In this document: positions 1 to 9,040 of the stretch, in pieces
Layout of the letters: every line of letters begins with the position of its first letter
Numbering within the stretch: the first letter of the stretch is position 1
NCBI GenBank assembly: GCA_036405175.1
Contig: DASWYC010000002.1
Span: 123,429 to 187,428, forward strand
Length of the DNA: 64,000 nt
Origin: Minisyncoccota bacterium
Lineage (GTDB): Bacteria; Patescibacteriota; Minisyncoccia; Phycocordibacterales; UBA1006
Direction: 5' to 3'
The notes under the pieces: model-generated
Databases searched by the model: none
The model's input: the letters and a program-made list of their open reading frames with translations, nothing else
Told to the model about the DNA's origin: nothing
Position numbers and translations under genes: made by a program

Positions 1-9
1 ACAGAGCCT

Positions 10-474
10 GTGACTCATTCATTGGTAGTAATGCTTGATAAAATTGAAGATCCGCATAACGTGGGAGCAATTGCGCGTACCGCGGTTGGAATGGGTGCTC
101 GTGCATTGATTATTCCTGAACATGGTCAGGCTCCAATAAGTGGAACGGTAATTAAAACATCAGTAGGAAGTATTTTTTCAATTCCAGTTATTAAGGTGAC
201 CAACTTGGCACGTACGCTTGAAGCATTTAAGCAGCGTAAATACTGGACCTATGGTCTTGATATGGGAGGTAAGCCTGTTGACGAGGTTGAATTTGCAGAA
301 AAGTCGGTCATTGTGATTGGTGGAGAAGGAGAAGGATTGCGCCAATTAACCGCAGAAACGTGTGATGAAGTAGTAAGCTTGCCAAAGTCTGAAGCACTTG
401 AATCATATAATGCATCAGTTTCAGGAGCAATGGCGATGTATGAATATAATCGGCAGACGGGACTTAATAAATAA
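10..474 (+). CDS. SpoU/TrmH-family RNA 2'-O-methyltransferase (minimal TrmL/RlmB-like; GTG at 10 or ATG at 31; may extend upstream of window)
   Basis: Motifs LDKIEDPHNVGAIARTA, IVIGGEGEGL and C-terminal SYNASVSGAMAMYEY typical of the SpoU methylase fold. No in-frame stop in nt 1-9. Confidence 0.55.
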   Translation: MTHSLVVMLDKIEDPHNVGAIARTAVGMGARALIIPEHGQAPISGTVIKTSVGSIFSIPVIKVTNLARTLEAFKQRKYWTYGLDMGGKPVDEVEFAEKSVIVIGGEGEGLRQLTAETCDEVVSLPKSEALESYNASVSGAMAMYEYNRQTGLNK

Positions 475-496
475 TTGAACGTTGCCATTTTAATAG

Positions 497-530
497 AATT
501 CGCCCAAGAGTTTCTTGGGCGAATTTTGTT
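497..530 (+). terminator. intrinsic terminator (12-bp stem aattcgcccaag/cttgggcgaatt then T-run)
   Basis: Perfect inverted repeat 497-508/514-525 followed by ttgtt, downstream of the methyltransferase stop. Confidence 0.65.
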
Positions 531-616
531 CGTACTGCAAAGCTTTTGAGTCTAATGACAATAAAGAATTTGCTGGATTTTTTATGTCTGAAAACCTAAA
601 ATTTTAATAAATCTCT

Positions 617-625
617 TGCTATACT
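617..625 (+). promoter_or_regulatory. extended -10 promoter element tgcTATACT, 12 nt upstream of the ATPase ATG
   Basis: TGn-TATACT motif. The same TATACT -10 recurs upstream of many genes in the window. Confidence 0.4.
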
Positions 626-637
626 ATATCAAAAGCT

Positions 638-3166
638 ATGGCAACGCCGTTTAATCCCAATAAGATCTCAATCTTCGCCAAAACTAACTTTCGAGGAGAA
701 TCACGCCCTATTGGTATTAAGGCTATTGATCGTCTCCGTCACATGTATATCATCGGAAAATCAGGAGTAGGAAAATCTACCTTGATTGATAACATGGTGG
801 CTCAGGATATTATCAACGGTGACGGAATCGCTCTCCTTGATCCGCATGGGAGTTCGGCGGAAAAATCAATCAAATATGTTCCTGAACATCGTATTCAAGA
901 TGTGGTGTACTTTAATCCGGACGATGTTAATCATCCATTGGCATTTAATTTGATTGAAGACGTTCACCCAGATAAGCGTTCAAAAGTTGCAAACGGACTT
1001 CTTTCAATGTTGAAGAAAATTTGGCCTGATTCATTCTCGGCACGTATGGAGTATCTGACGATGAACATGTTGTTGCTCCTTTTGGAAAATCCTGGATCAA
1101 CTATTTTAGGTATTAACCGTGCATTCGCAGATAAAGAATTTTTGAACACACTCATTGCAAACATTAAAAGTCCGTCACTTCGTTCGGTATGGGTTGATGA
1201 GATTTTGAAGTACGATGAAAAGTTTTATCGTGAGGCAACCGCGCCGATTCAAAACAAAGTAGGACAGTTTATTTCTGATCCGATCATTCGTAATATTGTT
1301 GGGCAACCAAAATCATCATTTGATTTTAGTGGTATCATGAACAATCAGAAAATCTTCATTGCAAACCTTTCAAAAGGAAAGATTGATGAACAGAATGCGC
1401 GTTTGTTGGGAGGAATGCTGGTGACCAAAATTTATTTGGCAGCAATGGGGCGTGCAGATATTGCAGAAGAAGAACAGGCTAAATTGCCGCCATTCTATTT
1501 ATATGTAGATGAGTTTCAGAACTTTGCATCAGAATCATATGCAGACATTCTATCTGAGGCCCGTAAATACAAGTTGGGACTTACGATGGCACACCAGTAC
1601 GTTGCACAGCTTCCTGAGCCAGTGCGTGATGCGGTGTTTGGAAACGTGGGAACCATGGTGACATTTTTGACGGGAAACTTGGATGCAGAACTCTTTGAAA
1701 AGGAATTTTCTCCTATTTTCACTAAAGAAGATTTTACCAGCCTTGGATTTGCACAAATCTATTTGAAATTATTAATTGACGGAATTGCATCAGCGCCATT
1801 TTCTGGTCAGACTATTGCGCCATGGCCATATCCGGAGAATAAGTTTGTTCAGGAGGTACTAGAAAGTTCGCGCACCTTGTATGGACGTGACCGTACAGTG
1901 TTGGAGCAAGAAATTGCTGATTGGTTTAAGCCAATGCCAAATAAAAAAGATGCTGAGCATGAACGCTATATTCTTGAACGTCGTCTTGAGATTGAACAGC
2001 GTGGCGGTGTCTGGCGAGACAAAGAAACCGGACAAGCCATGCCAAAATTAAGTGAAGAAGAAATTGATGCGTATGAAAAAAAGCTCACTGATATTTTAGG
2101 TGGTGAGGTAACATTTAATCGTGAAAAATCTGCTGTGAGTGCCGTGCCTGCAGGAGATCCTCAAGCTAGTCAACAATCAGGATCTGCAACAACAGGATTG
2201 AGTGCATCAGCTATTGCGATTGCTCATCATTTGATTCCCAAAAAACAATCTGTTGAACCAGTGATTTCTGCACCCACTACCACTTCAGTACAGTCTCAAA
2301 CTGTAACAACTCAAACACAGCGCGTGACACATCAATATGTGGCGCCAATCGCTCAAAAAGTAGAAAAGCCTCCGCAACCCCAACGCCCTCAAGCGCATGA
2401 ACAGAAGCGTGAGAATATTCAACAAAATTCAGTAGCACCACAGAAACAGCATCAAAATAATTATCAGCAAAAACCTCAACCGCAAGTGCAGCAAAAACCA
2501 GCTCAACGAGATGAAGATCTGGTGGTAGATTTGCCTCCTAAAAAAGAACGAGTAAATGTTTCAAATGATCTTAAAAACTTATTATCCTCGATTTCAGATG
2601 ATCAGAATGATGATGTGGTATTCTCAGACATTGATACATCATTTGATGTGAAGCGGTCGTTTGCTAAACCTAAAGAACAAAAGATGACGAGCGTTCATAC
2701 TGAAAAAGAAGAAGGATCACATCGCAAGTTACAGGATATTTTGCATGAAAAAACGCCAGAAGAGGATGAGGGAATTAGTCTTTCTGATTTGTTGAATAAA
2801 TCAATCATGCATAGCGTGCAGAATAACACTAATAAAGCTCATGCGCGTGAAGCATTAAAGACCGATAAGGAATCTCTTTCTGCTACCTTGGCGCGTTTGG
2901 GTGTTCAGAAGAAGACTGCTGAAGAAAAAGTTGAGAATAAAAATTCAGACAGCGTTAGTATGGTTGAGAGTGTTGCAAAAGAAGAACCGGCGATGGCAGA
3001 GGTTCCGATGTCTCAAGTTGTTCGCGAAGAAAAGCCAGCTTCAAATGTGTCACATGCGAATAATGCCAAAAGCGAATATTATAAACAGTCTGAACCAGTA
3101 GTAGGATCACAGCCAGTTCCACGATATGTGCCAGATGACTTATTAAAAGCCATGCTGGAAGAATAG
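638..3166 (+). CDS. conjugative coupling-protein-like (TraG/VirD4/HerA-FtsK type) P-loop ATPase with ~330-aa Q/P/S-rich low-complexity C-terminal tail
   Basis: Walker A IIGKSGVGKST at residues ~39-49, ALLDPHG, Walker B-like FYLYVDEFQNF, LTMAHQY. No N-terminal TM. The C-terminal third is a Q/P-rich repetitive tract (QPQVQQKPAQ...). Confidence 0.5.
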   Translation: MATPFNPNKISIFAKTNFRGESRPIGIKAIDRLRHMYIIGKSGVGKSTLIDNMVAQDIINGDGIALLDPHGSSAEKSIKYVPEHRIQDVVYFNPDDVNHPLAFNLIEDVHPDKRSKVANGLLSMLKKIWPDSFSARMEYLTMNMLLLLLENPGSTILGINRAFADKEFLNTLIANIKSPSLRSVWVDEILKYDEKFYREATAPIQNKVGQFISDPIIRNIVGQPKSSFDFSGIMNNQKIFIANLSKGKIDEQNARLLGGMLVTKIYLAAMGRADIAEEEQAKLPPFYLYVDEFQNFASESYADILSEARKYKLGLTMAHQYVAQLPEPVRDAVFGNVGTMVTFLTGNLDAELFEKEFSPIFTKEDFTSLGFAQIYLKLLIDGIASAPFSGQTIAPWPYPENKFVQEVLESSRTLYGRDRTVLEQEIADWFKPMPNKKDAEHERYILERRLEIEQRGGVWRDKETGQAMPKLSEEEIDAYEKKLTDILGGEVTFNREKSAVSAVPAGDPQASQQSGSATTGLSASAIAIAHHLIPKKQSVEPVISAPTTTSVQSQTVTTQTQRVTHQYVAPIAQKVEKPPQPQRPQAHEQKRENIQQNSVAPQKQHQNNYQQKPQPQVQQKPAQRDEDLVVDLPPKKERVNVSNDLKNLLSSISDDQNDDVVFSDIDTSFDVKRSFAKPKEQKMTSVHTEKEEGSHRKLQDILHEKTPEEDEGISLSDLLNKSIMHSVQNNTNKAHAREALKTDKESLSATLARLGVQKKTAEEKVENKNSDSVSMVESVAKEEPAMAEVPMSQVVREEKPASNVSHANNAKSEYYKQSEPVVGSQPVPRYVPDDLLKAMLEE

Positions 3167-3209
3167 ATTTTTGAACTAATAAATAGATTCTTATTTTGAG
3201 ATACTTGCC

Positions 3210-3325
3210 CTGAGCGGATACTAAAAGCACTCGCGGAAGCTGCCATCAAGAAGTGCGCAGCACGACTATGATGGACAGCTGAGCGTAGGGCCGATAGAGC
3301 CCGGGTGTTTTTAGTATCCGCTCAG
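3210..3325 (+). repeat. GC-rich hairpin-closed intergenic element, copy A (17-bp perfect closing helix ctgagcggatactaaaa/ttttagtatccgctcag)
   Basis: Conserved core ...cgactatgatggacagctgagcgtagggccgatagagcccgg... shared with copies at 18672-18790, 28694-28800, 42100-42209 and (degenerate) 52955-53041. Local GC is much higher than the flanks. Confidence 0.6.
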
Positions 3326-3392
3326 ATTAATTCACAAAAAGATTAGTTAAAATTTTCTTGAACTTAGAACATCTGTTACGTATGCTCATGAT

Positions 3393-4835
3393 ATGAGATA
3401 TGTTATTTATGCAATTCTGGTTGTGTGTGGTTTGTTTTCTGTGGTTCATGCAAGTGAAGCATTGGTTATTACTGAAATTATGTATGATGCCAAGGATGCT
3501 GATACTGATAAAGAATGGATTGAAGTTGTGACTGAAAGTTTGACCGCGCCGCTTGCTTCGATTCGACTCCAAGTGGGTGACAAGAAACATACACTCAAAA
3601 GTAATACGAGTGGCGATACGTTACCAAGCGGCGCGGTCTGTATTATTGCCCAATCAGAAACTAATTTTAAATTATTGTTTCCAAACTTTAGTGGGTGTAT
3701 TTTTGAGTCGGGATTTTCATTAACCAATCAATCGGGAAGTATAAAAATTGTACATGGAACGAGTGGTGAAGTGTATGGAGCTGCAGAGTATACAAGCGCA
3801 ATGGGTGCAGCTGGTGATGGGAACTCACTTACATTAGGGGGATCAGGGTTTGCAGGCAAAACACCGACCCCAGGCGTAGATTCTCGAGGTGGAGGGGATC
3901 AGGCGCCAGCTAATCCAGATAATACTTCTCAACCCACGCAACCTACAACACCATCTAACTCTGGAGTGGCAGAAGCAGTACAAATGAGTAATCCTCAGAC
4001 AGATTATAAAATTACAATTACGTCACCTAAATCGCTTTTTGAATATGAAACACTCCATATTCCGCTTACGGTGACCTTTAAGAGTGGCAGAGAGGTGCTT
4101 GAAATAAAAAGCGGGACACTCTACATATCATACGGAGACGGATCATTTGATGTAATTAATGATGGAAACTTTGCTTTAAAACATACGTATGAACATGCTT
4201 CAAATGTAACAATCAAGCTGTACTATTATTCATCACCATTGGCGAGTCTTGCCGACGCTGAAGCAACGGTTAAGCTAGAGGTAAAACAATTTCCGCTTAA
4301 TATTTTATATGGCGATAAACGAGAGCTGGTTATTACCAATAGCGATTCCATAGATTACAGCTTAACCGGATTCACTGTACAAACAGATACAACTCATGTG
4401 TATGAGTTTCCATTTGGTATGGTGGTTGCTGGTAAGGGAAGCATTGTCATTCCCTATGAGTTGCATGGGCTGCGTGGCGCGAATATCGTGCTCTATGATA
4501 AGCGTCATAAAAAGATCGTAACAACAGCAAGTCTTAATCCTACGGTTGAAAGTCTCATGGCTACTCAAGAGAAGGTGATGGAAGCAGTCTCACCGTTTAT
4601 TGAAACGCCTAGTGCGGATGCTGCATCTCAAGAAACATCAGGAGAGAGAATGATTGTTCAAGAAACGACTGCTCCAGGGCAAAAAAGCTCAAACAAGAAT
4701 GTAGGGCTTTATTTGGCACTCTTTGGGGCCGGAATACTCGTTTCATTTGCCATAGAATATACATCTAAGCTTATTGCACGCAAAAAAGCATCACCCGTGA
4801 AAGATGATGCTTTGATGGACGAACCACTCTTATAG
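3393..4835 (+). CDS. secreted/membrane-anchored lamin-tail-domain (LTD) protein
   Basis: Signal peptide MRYVIYAILVVCGLFSVVHA. LTD signature LVITEIMYDAKDADTDKEWIEVV...SLTNQSGSIKIV...GNSLTL. C-terminal TM anchor LYLALFGAGILVSFAI plus basic tail. Confidence 0.55.
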   Translation: MRYVIYAILVVCGLFSVVHASEALVITEIMYDAKDADTDKEWIEVVTESLTAPLASIRLQVGDKKHTLKSNTSGDTLPSGAVCIIAQSETNFKLLFPNFSGCIFESGFSLTNQSGSIKIVHGTSGEVYGAAEYTSAMGAAGDGNSLTLGGSGFAGKTPTPGVDSRGGGDQAPANPDNTSQPTQPTTPSNSGVAEAVQMSNPQTDYKITITSPKSLFEYETLHIPLTVTFKSGREVLEIKSGTLYISYGDGSFDVINDGNFALKHTYEHASNVTIKLYYYSSPLASLADAEATVKLEVKQFPLNILYGDKRELVITNSDSIDYSLTGFTVQTDTTHVYEFPFGMVVAGKGSIVIPYELHGLRGANIVLYDKRHKKIVTTASLNPTVESLMATQEKVMEAVSPFIETPSADAASQETSGERMIVQETTAPGQKSSNKNVGLYLALFGAGILVSFAIEYTSKLIARKKASPVKDDALMDEPLL

Positions 4836-5663
4836 TACTGATGAGAGTGATAGGTATTCGTACAAATCAGCAGTTTCTTTAAGAAGAGTCTTAATCTCGT
4901 GAATATTTGCATCTGAGAGAGCGTTAATGCGATGAGTAAGATCTTCAAGCTGTGCAACGGTCTTAGGGGTTGCAAGTTCAGGATGTTCTTTAATGATAGA
5001 TTCTGATTCATTAAGGGTGTCTTTGATCGCACGGATGATTTGAGAATAATCTTGTGTGCTGCCATTTGGTCCAACCATAGAAGTGATGGCAAGCTGTTCC
5101 TCGTATTCTTGATTGCGCTTGAGCATATCATTTACCAAACTTTGTACAAAGCTAAGCACTTCGCTGCTGCTATCTTTGTTAATCATGAGCATTGAAAGTG
5201 CTGATTGATAGAGTCCAAGGATAGCCGTACTTGAAACGAGCGTTTCTTCTGGTTTGGTGGTTACATTTTCTTCAATAGAATTTGCGTATGCGGTATGGGC
5301 AGAAATCAATGAAGAGCGCATCTCTGGCGTAAATGCAACAGGATTCTTTACCAAGAGTGCAATATTATTTTGAATAAGAGTATTTTGGTATTGTGAAGCC
5401 GTATCAATATTGGTGAAATAGTTTAGATACAACCCAGAAACTACCACGACTACTGAAAATGCAGCGGCAACAACCTTTTGAGAAAAGATAAATGAAAAAA
5501 ATGGACTCGTAGTTTTTTTATGACGACGAATTTGGTGTTGCGCGAGTTTGGTGCGGAATTGATCGTTGAGTTTTTGTGACTCAGCTGCAGACAAAGAAAA
5601 ATATCCTTGCGCATTTTTGGCAAGTGATTCAAAGTTTTTGTTGTGAGGATTATGAGTATTCAT
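4830..5663 (-). CDS. putative anti-sigma factor (single-pass membrane protein, operonic with ECF sigma)
   Basis: ATG at 5663 overlaps the sigma-factor stop (5650). TM segment VVAAAFSVVVVVSGLYL after a short cytoplasmic N-terminus, then a large extracytoplasmic domain. The architecture is typical of anti-sigma factors. Confidence 0.4.
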   Translation of the reverse strand: MNTHNPHNKNFESLAKNAQGYFSLSAAESQKLNDQFRTKLAQHQIRRHKKTTSPFFSFIFSQKVVAAAFSVVVVVSGLYLNYFTNIDTASQYQNTLIQNNIALLVKNPVAFTPEMRSSLISAHTAYANSIEENVTTKPEETLVSSTAILGLYQSALSMLMINKDSSSEVLSFVQSLVNDMLKRNQEYEEQLAITSMVGPNGSTQDYSQIIRAIKDTLNESESIIKEHPELATPKTVAQLEDLTHRINALSDANIHEIKTLLKETADLYEYLSLSSVL

Positions 5664-6201
5664 ACGTCTGGGATATTTTTTGGTACACCTCCTGAGCCTT
5701 GGCGAGTGCGCGGTGTGACAACACTGAAGCATTATTGAGACTGACACCGTAAATCTTGGCGATCTCTTCAATGGATAATTCATTAATATATCGCTTGATG
5801 AGAACATCTTGATATTTGGGTGAAAGCTGATCCATCACGCGGTTGAGAAGCGTCACATGTGTGACATCTTTCTCATTCTGCTTCTCGCTGACATCCATGT
5901 GATAGTCATCCATCATGGCATCCAGCGATACTGCTTTTTTCTTGCGAGAATGGTCAATAATAAGATTTTTTGCCACTTTGTATAAAAATGGACGGACGGT
6001 CTCAATAGTATGCTTCTCAAGGAAGTCATACGTTTTAATAAACACATCCGATGTGATATCCATCGCCACATCACGATCACGAACTCGCGCTACGACAAAC
6101 CGAAAGATTTCCTGCTGAAATTCATTGAAAATCTCAGAAATATCAAGGCTGTTTGATTGATTAAGTTCGCTCATAAGTAGTGACGTATGAGAGGGGTACA
6201 C
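5650..6201 (-). CDS. ECF-type sigma-70 family RNA polymerase sigma factor (start GTG 6201 or ATG 6174)
   Basis: Region 2 (FNEFQQEIFRFVVARVRDRDVAMDITSDVFIKTYDFL) and region 4 HTH (ELSIEEIAKIYGVSLNNASVLSHRALAKAQ) motifs. Confidence 0.7.
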   Translation of the reverse strand: MYPSHTSLLMSELNQSNSLDISEIFNEFQQEIFRFVVARVRDRDVAMDITSDVFIKTYDFLEKHTIETVRPFLYKVAKNLIIDHSRKKKAVSLDAMMDDYHMDVSEKQNEKDVTHVTLLNRVMDQLSPKYQDVLIKRYINELSIEEIAKIYGVSLNNASVLSHRALAKAQEVYQKISQTYEYS

Positions 6202-6265
6202 ATTACACCCAAATGGGGTTTTGTATGCGCGTCAAATACCCTTAAATTATAGCAGGTTTTTATGA

Positions 6266-7366
6266 TTATTCTGCTTTCTTTCGGGTGCTCATGAAGCTGC
6301 CGATAATCCCAGCAGTTCCAATAATGAGAAGGATTACGGCAATCCATTCGCGGGCGGTATTTGGAAGATTGATTCCACGTTCACGTTCAATCGCTGTTTC
6401 TTCCACGATAGGTTTGGTTTCTTGAGTAAACACAGCATCATCTTGATATGATTCTTCAGTAATTGGTTCAGTTTCCTGAACAAATACATCATCAGGTACA
6501 TCTTGTGATACTTCTACCTCTGAACGATCGCGAGTGTTCAGGAATTGAGCCCAGACACGCTTAATCCAAGCCCAAATGCGTTCAAAAAAGTTTTGTGAAT
6601 GAGATTCATCGGTAATTATAGGATCTTCAAGATAAGGATCCTGACTATAGGTTTCATCTTCAGGGAAGAGCGGGGTAAGATCTTCAAACGTAGGAAGATG
6701 GTCATCTTCAAAAACTTCAGGCTCTGCAGTAACTGGCGCTGGTTCAATAATGGTTGGTTCAACCGCTGCAGGTTCGGGGATAACTATAACGGGCGATGAT
6801 CTCTTTGGTTGTGTATAGGTGTACCGAGGGGTTGGATCTTTAAGAGTGGTGAGTTCGCGCTTGTAAGTTGCAGCAGTCATATTGCATCCACGTGCAAGAA
6901 TACGGTATTCATAACGAGTATTTGGCACCAAGTTTTCAACCTTTACCACTTCTGCTTGGTGTGAACTTGAAAGAATAAGAATGTCTGATTGTCGATGATT
7001 TCTGTACACAGAAGCATTTAAAAGAATTTGAGTACGAACAATAGGGCAGGTTGACCCTTCAATAGAAACAGGAATATATGCATGGGTTATTCCAACAGAC
7101 TCCGGCTCACGAATAGACAGATTGAGTCCAAGGGTGCCAAACGCAGGATTTGAGTCCCAAGTGCTTATTATGGTGTTGAAAGAAGAATTAGTAAAAGGCT
7201 GATGAGAAACCTCTACATATCCATTAGGAAGAACACGGGTGTAGCGTGACTGGGTTCCATCATCCGCAGTAGTACTCGTAATTAAAAGCCCAAATGCAAG
7301 CATGATTAAGCCACCAGAAAATACAAGCGTATGGGGCGAACGGAGTGAGCGGGTTGAGAATTTCAT
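6266..7366 (-). CDS. secreted surface protein with FN3-like domain, acidic/Pro-rich linker and C-terminal TM anchor
   Basis: Signal peptide after MKFSTRS. NLVPNTRYEYRI FN3-like strand pattern. EPAAVEPTIIEPAPVTAEPE linker. C-terminal WIAVILLIIGTAGIIGSF then RKKAE. Confidence 0.4.
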   Translation of the reverse strand: MKFSTRSLRSPHTLVFSGGLIMLAFGLLITSTTADDGTQSRYTRVLPNGYVEVSHQPFTNSSFNTIISTWDSNPAFGTLGLNLSIREPESVGITHAYIPVSIEGSTCPIVRTQILLNASVYRNHRQSDILILSSSHQAEVVKVENLVPNTRYEYRILARGCNMTAATYKRELTTLKDPTPRYTYTQPKRSSPVIVIPEPAAVEPTIIEPAPVTAEPEVFEDDHLPTFEDLTPLFPEDETYSQDPYLEDPIITDESHSQNFFERIWAWIKRVWAQFLNTRDRSEVEVSQDVPDDVFVQETEPITEESYQDDAVFTQETKPIVEETAIERERGINLPNTAREWIAVILLIIGTAGIIGSFMSTRKKAE

Positions 7367-7426
7367 AGATATCTTTATTGTGAGGAAAAATTCATACTCC
7401 ACAACTTGACGCCAGTCCTAAAGATT

Positions 7427-8215
7427 TTATATTTTTCGAGCTTGATTCCAGATAATATTAAATATTTGGCGATGAAGATCTGCAATCGTGCTGTTTTTAA
7501 TGATAACTGTTTCAAGTCCCTCATCCCAGGCGGTAAAAGAAACATAATCTCCCCAAATCGCTGTTTGGCAGTGGGGTTTATAAAGTTCTGGGGAATAGAG
7601 GCGAACTTCACGGAAACGCTCGTCAAGCTTTGTCTGAATTGCCTCGTCTTCACCATGGGGTGTACAGGGTAGGAGGAGTCGCACAAAGATATTCTTTTCT
7701 TTGCGTAATTGCCAAAAGTTAGAAAGCCTGCTGCGGCCACGCACAAAGTGTTTTGAGTCAGTGCCAAAACGGAGAATTTCTGAACCAGACGGTAAATCAA
7801 GTCCTCGCATAAAGCATTCAACTAAGCCGTCGTCACCTCGTAAGATTTCTGTTTCAATAGGTTCATGATCGCGCCACTGGGCGAACATTGTTTTCATTGA
7901 CGGTAAAACTTTACTGAGCGTCTCATACTTTTCCTGAAGCTGTCGTTCTTGCTGGGTAATATATTCAACAAGGGTGTCCGGTTTATCAATGTAGTAGAGT
8001 CGTTTACTGCCATGCGTTTGCACCGACACCACATGCTTTCGCACCAAGTCTTCAAGCGTATATACAATAGATGATCGAGGAAGACCGGTATCCGTCATGA
8101 TGTTTTTAATACTCGACAAATTGTTTTCAAAAAGATGATAAATAATCTGAACATCAGCGCGAGAGAAACCGATGCTATACAGCGCTTGCTTAACGTCATT
8201 AGGAATAACTTTCAT
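7427..8215 (-). CDS. TrmB-family winged-helix transcriptional regulator
   Basis: N-terminal HTH LYSIGFSRADVQIIYHLFENNLSSIKNIMTDTGLPRSSIVYTLEDLVRKHVV plus coiled region and C-terminal TrmB-like domain. ATG at 8215 confirmed. Confidence 0.5.
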   Translation of the reverse strand: MKVIPNDVKQALYSIGFSRADVQIIYHLFENNLSSIKNIMTDTGLPRSSIVYTLEDLVRKHVVSVQTHGSKRLYYIDKPDTLVEYITQQERQLQEKYETLSKVLPSMKTMFAQWRDHEPIETEILRGDDGLVECFMRGLDLPSGSEILRFGTDSKHFVRGRSRLSNFWQLRKEKNIFVRLLLPCTPHGEDEAIQTKLDERFREVRLYSPELYKPHCQTAIWGDYVSFTAWDEGLETVIIKNSTIADLHRQIFNIIWNQARKI

Positions 8216-8327
8216 ATGTATGCCTGATTTGTAGCATGGTTTGTTGGTAGCGCAAAGAGAAATGGTAACCAATTTTATTGTTGCCATCTTTGATTTTTTA
8301 AGGATGTTCGCGTATACTGACCTGGAT

Positions 8328-8579
8328 ATGTCAATTTTCTCAAATATTTTCGACAAAATGAAAAGCGGGGTAATGGAAAAATTGCTTGAAAAGCAACTTT
8401 CAAAATTGCCCCCTGAGCAGCGTGAAAAGGTAAAACAGGCGTTTATGAAAAACCCTGAATTATTTGAGAAAATTGCAAAAGAAATCGAGGCGCTCCAAAA
8501 GCAGGGGAAGAATCAAATGTTTGCATCAATGGAGGTGATGAAGAAATACGAGGATCAAATTCGTAAGGCGATGCAGTAA
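8328..8579 (+). CDS. small helical hypothetical protein (83 aa)
   Basis: ATG 8328 preceded by TATACT at 8307-8312. Lys/Glu-rich helical composition. No recognisable family. Confidence 0.3.
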   Translation: MSIFSNIFDKMKSGVMEKLLEKQLSKLPPEQREKVKQAFMKNPELFEKIAKEIEALQKQGKNQMFASMEVMKKYEDQIRKAMQ

Positions 8580-8658
8580 TTGATCAATTATAAAAAATAT
8601 GTATACTTCTTGTTAGGATATATAAATTTTTTATATTCCTGACATAGTTATCGGAAAT

Positions 8659-8683
8659 AGCACTACCTATGGAGTGCTTTTTT
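8659..8683 (+). terminator. intrinsic terminator (agcact/agtgct stem then TTTTT)
   Basis: Hairpin 8659-8678 followed by ttttt, 80 nt downstream of the 8579 stop. Confidence 0.5.
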
Positions 8684-8713
8684 ATTTGAATGAAGTATGT
8701 TTCCTTTGTCAAG

Positions 8714-8741
8714 TTGTACTTTTGGTCTAAGGGGATATACT
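8714..8741 (+). promoter_or_regulatory. sigma70-like promoter TTGTAC-16-TATACT driving a ~175-nt non-coding transcript
   Basis: -35 at 8714-8719, -10 at 8736-8741. No ORF longer than 18 codons up to the terminator at 8882-8921. Confidence 0.35.
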
Positions 8742-8881
8742 AATGATGTACTGATCTTTACTAAGTGTTCTGATTGAGATTGATGATTGTTTTTCGAAAA
8801 ACATGACCCAATCTCTCTCATTCACTTATCAAAAGTTCTTTACGAATCCCAATTTGTAATTTCTACAAATTATATATAAAA

Positions 8882-8921
8882 AACCTTAATTCTTAGTGGA
8901 TTAAGGTTTTCTTTTTTATTT
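8882..8921 (+). terminator. strong intrinsic terminator (aaccttaat/attaaggtt, 9-bp stem, then ttcttttttattt)
   Basis: Perfect 9-bp inverted repeat with a 9-nt loop and a long T-run. Confidence 0.7.
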
Positions 8922-8927
8922 AAAAAC

Positions 8928-8955
8928 TTGAAAAATAAAATAGACATACTATACT
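8928..8955 (+). promoter_or_regulatory. sigma70-like promoter TTGAAA-16-TATACT for the leuS leader
   Basis: -35 at 8928-8933, -10 at 8950-8955. Predicted TSS ~8962, ~155 nt upstream of the leuS ATG. Confidence 0.45.
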
Positions 8956-9040
8956 TTGAAGACCCAAAGTCCGGTCCGAGGTTGGTGGAAATCTTTTGCA
9001 GATTTTGCCAACCTCACAGGATATTATGATGGATAAATTT

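Noticed and set aside
964-1756. Short antisense ORFs inside long CDS (e.g. 964-1164, 1516-1756, 10115-10385, 15905-16351, 22115-22750, 56527-57264)
   Set aside because: They lie entirely within well-supported genes on the opposite strand, are low-complexity or AT-codon artefacts, and have no start-site signals.
3228-3262. SRP-RNA-like motif (ggaagctgcc) inside repeat copy A
   Set aside because: The element is multi-copy and lacks the GGAAGGAAGCAGCC helix-8 consensus. SRP RNA would be single-copy.
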